This document shows positions 1 to 6,505 of a DNA stretch of 20,514 nt, piece after piece; the stretch's first letter is position 1, and every line of letters starts with the position of its first letter. The stretch is from Candidatus Xenobia bacterium. Its GTDB lineage: Bacteria > Vulcanimicrobiota > Xenobia > Xenobiales > QWHO01. The translations under genes and the position numbers were made by a program. The stretch covers positions 1-20,514 of the forward strand of contig BTUM01000118.1 in NCBI GenBank assembly GCA_045863235.1. The letters run 5' to 3'. Below the pieces are notes generated by a model that was not told the origin of the DNA, made no database searches, and saw only the letters and a program-made list of their open reading frames with translations.

Positions 1-81
1 GACTGGCCGCTCGCTTCGGTCGTCGCTGACTGGCCGCTCGCTTCGGTCGTCGCTGACTGGCCGCTCGCTTCGGTCGTCGCT
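1..81. repeat. 27-bp perfect tandem repeat, at least 3 copies (GACTGGCCGCTCGCTTCGGTCGTCGCT)
   Basis: Identical units at 1-27, 28-54 and 55-81; encodes SDDRSERPV in the minus-strand CDS; may continue left of the window. Confidence 0.95.
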
Positions 82-735
82 GGTGTTCGCCCGGTGGAGT
101 CCTGGAGCTCTCGAGCAGCTCGAACCCTGGAGCGCCTGAGAGTCAGACGGAACCTCGACTTCCTGGACGCAGACCGGCCCCTGGTCGGCGGGCATGGTCA
201 ACTTGAGGCCGGAGCAGCAGGCCACGCCAGAGCCCTCGGCCAGGCTCGTCCCGCGGGGCTCCCCCCGGTGACGGGCGAAGAGGCTGTCGGCCTCGTTTCG
301 GACGGACCGAACCCGTTTCTCGAAGGCGGCCGGGCTGCAGACAACCCGCTGGCGGACCTGCTCGGTCGTGTGTCCGCGAGCAAACTCGAGCCAGGCGCCC
401 TCCGTTTCCGTGGTCGCCACCCTGGTGATTTCGCGGACCTTGCCGTAGCCGAGCTCGCCGGCCTGATAGGCGGCGCTCAGCAGTGGGAGTCCTTCCAGCG
501 CAGCCATGATGCGAAGAAGATTGCTTACCTTCTGCGGCTCGAGCCCGAGCCGAACAATGCAGAAGGTTACCGTGCTTCGAAATCCTGAGGATTGATAAGC
601 CCGAGTGCGGTCGATCGCCAGCAACCAGGCTCCCAGCTCCCACTCGCTGGCGCTCACGGCGCGAGCCGCTCGAGCGGCATGCTTGAGCATTGCTGCGGGG
701 GTATGTCGGGCATAAGGAGTCAGGGAATGAGACAT
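1..735 (-). CDS. DUF222/HNH-endonuclease-like protein, N-terminal part (runs off the left edge)
   Basis: Not in the ORF track. I translated it by hand from ATG 735 (GAGGT RBS-like motif upstream): MSHSLTPYARHTPAAMLKHAARAARAVSASEWELGAWLLAIDRTRAYQSSGFRSTVTFCIVRLGLEPQKVSNLLRIMAALEGLPLLSAAYQAGELGYGKVREITRVATTETEGAWLEFARGHTTEQV..., open to base 1. The LPLLSAAYQAGELGYGKVREITRVAT-ETE-AWL segment resembles the N-terminus of DUF222-type HNH proteins. The HNH motif itself is outside the window. Confidence 0.7.
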   Translation of the reverse strand, partial: MSHSLTPYARHTPAAMLKHAARAARAVSASEWELGAWLLAIDRTRAYQSSGFRSTVTFCIVRLGLEPQKVSNLLRIMAALEGLPLLSAAYQAGELGYGKVREITRVATTETEGAWLEFARGHTTEQVRQRVVCSPAAFEKRVRSVRNEADSLFARHRGEPRGTSLAEGSGVACCSGLKLTMPADQGPVCVQEVEVPSDSQALQGSSCSRAPGLHRANTSDDRSERPVSDDRSERPVSDDRSERPV

Positions 736-820
736 AGAGGGACCTCGGAAGTGAAGGATGGGGAAATCGGAGAATATCCGGTTGCGGCTAATCATTCGTT
801 AAACTTCCATGAAAACCTTG

Positions 821-834
821 CGAAACCCAGTTCG
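821..834. promoter_or_regulatory. Second, weaker candidate LexA box
   Basis: CGAAA-CCCA-GTTCG, one mismatch to CGAAC-N4-GTTCG, 32 bp from the first box. Confidence 0.35.
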
Positions 835-847
835 ATTCTTGTACCTG

Positions 848-871
848 GGTATCGTACATCTGTTCGATACC
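848..871. promoter_or_regulatory. Candidate LexA/SOS operator (palindrome)
   Basis: GGTATCGTAC-ATCT-GTTCGATACC: 10-bp arms with one mismatch. Core CGTAC-N4-GTTCG is one base from the Gram-positive CGAAC-N4-GTTCG box and fits the cyanobacterial GTAC-N4-GTWC core. Confidence 0.55.
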
Positions 872-1001
872 GCAGCAGCGGTGAGTGAATCCGCGCCATT
901 CGAGAGAAGATCGTGTATCTCACGAAGAGGTGAAGCTACCTCGGCAGACGGAGCGGGTGCTCAGCTCATGGAAGCGCCATGTCAGGTTTACAAAAATTCA
1001 A

Positions 1002-1030
1002 TGGACAGCCCTCCCCCACCGAGCTAAACT
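1002..1030 (+). promoter_or_regulatory. Putative sigma70-type promoter for radC
   Basis: TGGACA (1002-1007), 17-nt spacer, TAAACT (1025-1030), preceded by an A/T-rich tract. Confidence 0.4.
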
Positions 1031-1107
1031 CCGCCACGGCGCACAGGCCGCCAGAGAGCTCGACCGGAAAGGACCGGTCGGGTGTCCACCGCCCGGGAGG
1101 ATAAACC

Positions 1108-1743
1108 GTGGCGAACACTCCCCCGAACTGCGAAAGCCAGCCTCCGCGCGAGCGCCTGGCCCAATACGGCCCGAGAGGCCTGGAGGACTGGGAGCTGATG
1201 GCGCTCCTTTTAGGCACCCCCCGACCCGACGTGGCTCGCGAGCTGGTATGCGAAGACCTGCAGGAGCTCTCGCTCGAGAGCCTGCAGGAGCGCCCCGGCG
1301 TGGGCCTGGCCCGAGCCTCCACCGTGCTGGCCGCGGTCGAACTGGGCCGACGCCTGCATCGTCAGACCGGGCCGCCCGTCACCAGCCCTCAGGAGGCCTA
1401 CCTCCTGGTGGCCGACATGGCCGAACTGCGCAAGGAGCACTTTCGCTGCCTCTACCTCGACGCGAGAAGGCGCCTGCTTTCGAGCGAGACCATCTCCATC
1501 GGCACCCTGACCGCCTCGCTGGTGCACCCGCGCGAGGTCTTCCAGCCGGCCGTGGCCCGCTCGGCGGCCAGCCTGCTGGTGGCCCACAACCACCCCTCCG
1601 GAGACCCCGAGCCCTCGGCCGAGGACCTGGCCCTCACCCGGCGCCTGCGTCAGGCCGGAGACATTTTGGGAATCGAGCTGGTGGACCACCTGGTGGTGGG
1701 TCGGGGCTGCTACGTCAGCCTCAAGGAACTGGGCCACCTTTGA
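1108..1743 (+). CDS. radC: RadC / JAB-domain (UPF0758) protein
   Basis: PRERL...L-D-ELMALLLGT N-terminus, GVGLARA HhH-like segment, GTLTASLVHPREVF, JAMM motif HNHPSGDPEPSAED, LVDHLVVG; GGAGGA RBS before GTG. Confidence 0.95.
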   Translation: MANTPPNCESQPPRERLAQYGPRGLEDWELMALLLGTPRPDVARELVCEDLQELSLESLQERPGVGLARASTVLAAVELGRRLHRQTGPPVTSPQEAYLLVADMAELRKEHFRCLYLDARRRLLSSETISIGTLTASLVHPREVFQPAVARSAASLLVAHNHPSGDPEPSAEDLALTRRLRQAGDILGIELVDHLVVGRGCYVSLKELGHL

Positions 1744-1883
1744 AGGGGAAAATCAGGCTTCGACTGGGAATAGACTCCCGCGCCTGGACCGTGCCCAATT
1801 GTTGCGGTGAGAAACTTGTTGCGAGCCGCCCCGAGATGATGGGCACGGGCCAGGCGCGGAAGTCCTCTTATGAAGGTCGGCGG

Positions 1884-2882
1884 GTGAAAATCGTTCTGGA
1901 CGCGATGGGAGGCGACAACGCCCCCGAGGAGATCGTGCTGGGCGCCGTGCGAGCGGCTCGCTGGGCGCGGGCCGAGCTATGCCTGGTGGGCGACAAGCCC
2001 CGCCTCGAGGCCGTTCTGGGCAGGGCCGAGACCCGCCAGAAGTTCGAGATCGTGCACACCGACGAGTTTATCGGCATGGACGAGCCGGCCGGGCCGGCCC
2101 TGCGCCATCGGCGCAAGGCCTCGGTGGTGGTGGCCGCCAACCTGGTCAAGGAGGGCAAAGCCCAGGCCATGGTCAGCGCCGGCAACACGGCCGCCCTGCA
2201 GCAGGTGGCCCTGCTCGAGGTGGGTCGCCTGCCGGGCATCAAGCGACCGGCCCTGACAGCTGTCTTCCCCACCCGTCCCCAGCCCTCGCTCTGTCTGGAC
2301 ATGGGCGCCAACGCCGACTGCAAGCCGGAGTATCTGCTCCAATTTGCCATCATGGGCTCGATCTACGCCCAGAAGGTGTTCGGGCGGGCCCGCCCCCGAG
2401 TCGGCCTGCTCAACATCGGCCAGGAGGAGGGCAAGGGCAACGCTCTCGTTACGGCCGCCTACGAGCTTCTCAGCGCCCAGCCCCAGCTTAACTTCGTGGG
2501 CAACGTCGAGCCCATGGGCTTTTTCGCCGGGGACGTGGACGTGGGCGTTTGCGACGGCTTCGTGGGCAACATGATGCTCAAGACCAGCGAGGCCGTGGCC
2601 GAGTGGCTGATGGCCCGGGTGCGCCAGGCGGCCCGCTCCACCGCCGTCTCCAAGATCGGAGGGCTCTTGCTCAAGCCGGCCCTGCGCCAGCTCAGAAAGG
2701 ACGTCAGCCACTCCGAGCACGGCGGGGCGGTGCTGCTCGGGCTCAAGGGCGTGGTGGTGAAGTGCCACGGACGGGCCACTCGCGACACCATCGAAAACGG
2801 CATCAAGGTGGCCGAGAAGGCGGTGGCCGGGCAGGTGGTCGATCGCATCGCCGCCAGCCTGGCCGAGGAGAGCAAAGTTTGA
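1884..2882 (+). CDS. plsX: Phosphate acyltransferase PlsX
   Basis: Starts KIVLDAMGGDNAP; VSAGNT, IKRPAL, LDMGAN, VGLLNIGQEEGKGN, VCDGFVGN, GGAVLLGLKGVVVKCHG. Start placed at GTG 1884 rather than 885. Confidence 0.96.
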   Translation: MKIVLDAMGGDNAPEEIVLGAVRAARWARAELCLVGDKPRLEAVLGRAETRQKFEIVHTDEFIGMDEPAGPALRHRRKASVVVAANLVKEGKAQAMVSAGNTAALQQVALLEVGRLPGIKRPALTAVFPTRPQPSLCLDMGANADCKPEYLLQFAIMGSIYAQKVFGRARPRVGLLNIGQEEGKGNALVTAAYELLSAQPQLNFVGNVEPMGFFAGDVDVGVCDGFVGNMMLKTSEAVAEWLMARVRQAARSTAVSKIGGLLLKPALRQLRKDVSHSEHGGAVLLGLKGVVVKCHGRATRDTIENGIKVAEKAVAGQVVDRIAASLAEESKV

Positions 2883-5257
2883 GCCTGGCCGCCTCCGAGC
2901 TGGGCGATGCGGGTCGTTCGCTGGCCGGTCAACTCGTGCGGGTGCTGCGCGAGGAATACAAGGACGGCCTGCGCGACCGCCGCGGCCTTGATCGCCTGAT
3001 CGCCCGCTGGACGGTCGAGGTGGAGAAGCTCCCGGGCCCCGAGGCAAGACGCCTGCTCACAGCGGTGCGACCGCTGCAGAAGGGCTACAGCTCGATGTCA
3101 GCGGGCGAGCGCCAGCACAACGTGGTGGAGGTGGGCCAGGCCCTGGGCCGGCTGGCCGGCCAGGCCCCCAAGCAAGCCACCGAAGAGGCGGCCGGCCCCA
3201 AAGCCGGCAAGGCCAGCCTGGAGCTCGGCTCCAAGGTCGACTACCTCAAGGGCGTGGGCCCCCCCATGGCCAAGCGCCTCTCCCGGCTCGACATCCTGGA
3301 CATCGACGATCTGCTGCACCACTATCCCAGGCGCTGGGAGGCTCGCTCCCAGCTGCGTCCCATCTTCCAGGCCCGCGACGGCGTGGTGGAAACGGTGGAG
3401 GGCAAGGTGGGGGCCATCGTCACCAAGACTCCTCGGCCCGGCATGCGCATCGTCCAGGTCACCTTGAGCGACTCCACCGGCAGTCTTCAGCTGGTCTGGT
3501 TCAACCAGCCCTACATCGCCAAGCAGCTGATCCCGGGCCAGAAGCTGGTGGCCACGGGCAAGGTGGAACGGCGTTTCCACGAGACCCAGATCAACTCGCC
3601 TGAGATCGAGACCGGCGAGGAGCGTATCCACTCAGGACGCATCGTGCCCATCTACCCTTCCACCGGCACCCTGAGCCAGAAATGGTGGCGCCAGCTGATG
3701 TGGCGGGTCGTGCCCACTTACGCCCGCCTGCTGCCGGAGCTTCTCCCTGCCGAGGTGGTGACTCGCCACGCATTCATGCCACGCTCCGAGGCCGTCACCG
3801 AATACCACTGGCCGCGCAACTACGACCTGCGTGAGCGGGCCCGCCTGCGGCTGGCCTTCGAGGAGCTCTTCCTGCTCCAGGTCGAGGTGGGTCTGCAGCG
3901 CCAGGAGCGCGACCGCGATCCCCGCCAGACCTTTTACTACCAGGGCGACCGGACCGAGTTCGAGAGCCTGCTGCCCTTTGCCCCGACGGGGGCCCAGCGG
4001 CGCACCATGGACGAGTTGTGGAAAGACCTGCAGCGCGAGGCTCCCATGAACCGCCTGCTGCAGGGCGACGTGGGCTCGGGCAAGACGGCGGTGGCCGCCT
4101 ACGCCGCCTGGGTGGCCTACAAGAACGGATACCAGGCGGCCGTGATGGCCCCCACCGAGATCCTGGCCGACCAGCACTACCGCAAGTTCGTGGAGCTCAT
4201 GGGTCCGGCCGGCATCCAGGTGGGCCGGCTCTCGGGCAGCATGAGAAAGCGCGAGAAGCAGGCCGTCTACGAGGCTCTCAAGGACGGCTCCCTGGACGTG
4301 GCCGTGGGCACCCACGCGCTGATCCAGGAGGGGGTCGACTTCAAGGCCCTGGGCATGGTCGTGGTGGACGAGCAGCACAAGTTCGGCGTCATGCAGCGCA
4401 CTGTGCTCAAGCAGAAGGGGCTCAACCCCGACCTGCTGGTGATGACCGCCACCCCCATTCCCCGCACGCTGGCCCTCACGCTCTACGGTGACCTGGAGGT
4501 CTCGCGCCTGGACGAGATGCCCCCCGGGCGCCAGCCCATCCACTCCGAGTCGGTGCCCTTCTCCGAGCGACGGCGCGTCTACGAGGACATCCGCCGCGAG
4601 ATCCGGGCCGGGCGACAGGCCTACATCATCTGCCCGCTGGTGGAGGAAAGCGAGAACCTGGAGGCCACCGCTGCCGTAGAGGAGGCCTCGGTGCTGCAGC
4701 GCGAGGTCTTCCCCGAGCTCTCGGTGGGCCTGCTGCACGGGCGCATGAAGGCAGCCGAGAAGGACGCCGTGATGGAGCGCTTCCGGGCCGGGCAGCACCA
4801 GATCCTGATCTCCACCACCGTGATCGAGGTGGGGGTGGACGTGCCCAACGCCACCGTGATGCTGGTGCAGGACGCCAACCGCTTCGGACTGGCCCAGTTG
4901 CACCAGTTGCGCGGCCGCGTGGGTCGCGGCCAGCATGCCTCGCGCTGCATCTTCATGGGCGATGCCAACTCCGAGGAGGGCCAGCGCCGCCTGCGGTCCA
5001 TTGCCCGCCTGGCCGACGGCTTCGAGGTGGCCGAGGAGGACCTGCAGATCCGGGGGCCGGGCGACTTCTATGGCTTCCGCCAGTCGGGCTTCCCCGAGCT
5101 GAAGGTGGCCGACCTGCTGCGCGATCAGGATTTGCTCGAGCTGGTGCGGCAGGCTGTGCGCGATCTCTTGAGCCGCGATCCGGACCTGTCCGGCCACCCC
5201 GCCCTGCGCGAGTCGCTGGTGCAGCGCAAGGTGAAAGCCTCCGAGCTGGTGCATTGA
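2879..5257 (+). CDS. recG: ATP-dependent DNA helicase RecG
   Basis: LKGVGP, HYPRR, wedge/OB region (LVWFNQPY), MNRLLQGDVGSGKT, DEQHKFG, MTATPIPRTL, QLHQLRGRVGRG, DGFEVAEEDLQIRGPG. TTG start overlaps the plsX stop (TTGA) after GAGGAG. Confidence 0.97.
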   Translation: MSLAASELGDAGRSLAGQLVRVLREEYKDGLRDRRGLDRLIARWTVEVEKLPGPEARRLLTAVRPLQKGYSSMSAGERQHNVVEVGQALGRLAGQAPKQATEEAAGPKAGKASLELGSKVDYLKGVGPPMAKRLSRLDILDIDDLLHHYPRRWEARSQLRPIFQARDGVVETVEGKVGAIVTKTPRPGMRIVQVTLSDSTGSLQLVWFNQPYIAKQLIPGQKLVATGKVERRFHETQINSPEIETGEERIHSGRIVPIYPSTGTLSQKWWRQLMWRVVPTYARLLPELLPAEVVTRHAFMPRSEAVTEYHWPRNYDLRERARLRLAFEELFLLQVEVGLQRQERDRDPRQTFYYQGDRTEFESLLPFAPTGAQRRTMDELWKDLQREAPMNRLLQGDVGSGKTAVAAYAAWVAYKNGYQAAVMAPTEILADQHYRKFVELMGPAGIQVGRLSGSMRKREKQAVYEALKDGSLDVAVGTHALIQEGVDFKALGMVVVDEQHKFGVMQRTVLKQKGLNPDLLVMTATPIPRTLALTLYGDLEVSRLDEMPPGRQPIHSESVPFSERRRVYEDIRREIRAGRQAYIICPLVEESENLEATAAVEEASVLQREVFPELSVGLLHGRMKAAEKDAVMERFRAGQHQILISTTVIEVGVDVPNATVMLVQDANRFGLAQLHQLRGRVGRGQHASRCIFMGDANSEEGQRRLRSIARLADGFEVAEEDLQIRGPGDFYGFRQSGFPELKVADLLRDQDLLELVRQAVRDLLSRDPDLSGHPALRESLVQRKVKASELVH

Positions 5258-5739
5258 AGCAGCGCCCCGGCGTGCGGCCCACCACCGGCAAGGTGCGCGA
5301 GGCGCTGCGGTCCATCTTGCAAGATATCTATCCCGGAGCGGTGGTGGCCGACCTCTTCGCCGGCACGGGAGCCCTGGGCGCCGACGCGTTGGATGGGGGC
5401 GCGGCCCGGGTGGACTTCGTGGAACGGGATCGCCCCCAGGCGATCAAGCTGCGTTCGCTGGGCCGCGTGGCCACGGGCCGCCTGCCCCAGGCGCTGGAGG
5501 TGCTGGAGGGCCCCTACGACCTGATCCTGGCCGACCCGCCTTACGGCTCGCCGGATGGACCGGCCACGGTGGCTCTGTTGGGGCCCCTGCTCAAGACCGG
5601 GGGGCTGGTGGTGGTGGAGCATCACCACAAGGACGCCTATCCCGACGAGCTGGGCGACCTGAGGCTGGAGAAACGGCGCCGCTACGGGGAGACTGCCATC
5701 TCGTTCTACCGGCCGGCAGAATTTACATCCCAGCCCTGA
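5254..5739 (+). CDS. rsmD: 16S rRNA (G966-N2) methyltransferase RsmD-family protein
   Basis: RPTTGKVREAL, DLFAGTGALG (SAM binding), DPPY, RRYGET; start overlaps the recG stop; typical position after recG. Confidence 0.88.
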   Translation: MKQRPGVRPTTGKVREALRSILQDIYPGAVVADLFAGTGALGADALDGGAARVDFVERDRPQAIKLRSLGRVATGRLPQALEVLEGPYDLILADPPYGSPDGPATVALLGPLLKTGGLVVVEHHHKDAYPDELGDLRLEKRRRYGETAISFYRPAEFTSQP

Positions 5740-5806
5740 CTTTGACGTTCGAGTGACGCTGCCCTCAACGCGCCTCTGTTCTCATGAGTGAAAAGGAGCC
5801 AGAGCG

Positions 5807-6202
5807 ATGAACATCCAGGTCAACCCGAGGAGACAACCCCTTCCCACCCCCTTCACGGCCCGGGACACCCGGTCCACGGTTCACGACGTGGTCTGCCTGG
5901 GACTCCGGGGCACGGGCTCGCTGAGCGCCGCGTGCCTTACCATGAGCGCCGTGGGCTTCTGCCTCGCCCCCCTGGCCCTGGAGAGCCTGGGTAGCACCAG
6001 CGAGATGCTTGCTCTGGCTGCCACCATGCTGCCCTCCGCGGGGGCTGCTCTCCTCGCCTTGAAGGGGGCCGGTCAGCTCAGCGACGAGGCAGGCTCACGG
6101 GGCCGCCAGGCGATGGGCCTGGGGGGCGAGCTGCTGGGACGAACAGCTGCGCTAGCCTGCATTCTCAGCGCCTGTGCGGCGGTCACTCTGGCGCTTTCGT
6201 AA
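5807..6202 (+). CDS. Small hypothetical membrane protein
   Basis: AAGGAG RBS, ATG start, about three hydrophobic Ala/Leu/Cys-rich segments; no recognised family. Confidence 0.65.
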   Translation: MNIQVNPRRQPLPTPFTARDTRSTVHDVVCLGLRGTGSLSAACLTMSAVGFCLAPLALESLGSTSEMLALAATMLPSAGAALLALKGAGQLSDEAGSRGRQAMGLGGELLGRTAALACILSACAAVTLALS

Positions 6203-6285
6203 GGCGTCGGGAGCTGACGGCCGTCCTCGCAGGTGCATTCGCGATCGAGCTCGGGCGCCACAGGGCAAGGTTCGAGCCGCCCCCG

Positions 6286-6315
6286 TTGACGCCATTCCGG
6301 CTCACCTGCTATTCT
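6286..6315 (+). promoter_or_regulatory. Sigma70-type promoter with extended -10
   Basis: TTGACG (6286-6291), 18-nt spacer, TG-C-TATTCT (-10 at 6310-6315). Confidence 0.65.
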
Positions 6316-6350
6316 AAAGACCACATCCATTCAGAAGGGAGCCCAGGCCC

Positions 6351-6410
6351 ATGTTGCCTATTCCGAGTCGGAGCACCGCCCGCCTTCGCTCCCGCAGTTT
6401 CCCCGAATAG
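6351..6410 (+). CDS. Putative 19-aa leader peptide MLPIPSRSTARLRSRSFPE
   Basis: GAAGGGAG at 6334-6341, ATG 6351, TAG 6408-6410; lies between the promoter and the terminator. Confidence 0.45.
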   Translation: MLPIPSRSTARLRSRSFPE

Positions 6411-6440
6411 CCCTCGGACAGGAACACCGAGTCGCATGAC

Positions 6441-6466
6441 GGGCCGCTCCGCGAGCGGCCCTTTTT
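6441..6466 (+). terminator. Intrinsic terminator / attenuator
   Basis: GGGCCGCTC-CGC-GAGCGGCCC perfect 9-bp stem followed by TTTTT, 40 nt upstream of ATG 6506. Confidence 0.85.
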
Positions 6467-6505
6467 GATCCTGTCCTCGCTGCATTTCTGAAGGGATGAT
6501 CCTCC

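Noticed and set aside
1..81. 27-bp repeats as a CRISPR array
   Set aside because: Units are contiguous with no spacers, length is a multiple of three within an ORF, and no cas genes are present.
94..1027. ORF-track entries 94-588(+), 143-643(-), 198-383(-), 592-888(+), 809-1027(+)
   Set aside because: Alternative frames or shadows of the real 1-735 minus-strand gene, or ORFs over regulatory DNA; no recognisable protein features.
885..1883. 665-aa PlsX with a long N-terminal extension or RadC-PlsX fusion
   Set aside because: The extension is an off-frame read-through of radC; PlsX homology starts at GTG 1884 and radC has its own stop.
2549..2878. RecG start at 2549
   Set aside because: Overlaps plsX out of frame; RBS plus TTG at 2879 is the better start.
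6255..6300. CACAGGGCAA as the start of a c-di-GMP-I riboswitch
   Set aside because: Lacks the following GAAA-tetraloop stem and GACGCAAAGC core, and lies upstream of the predicted promoter.
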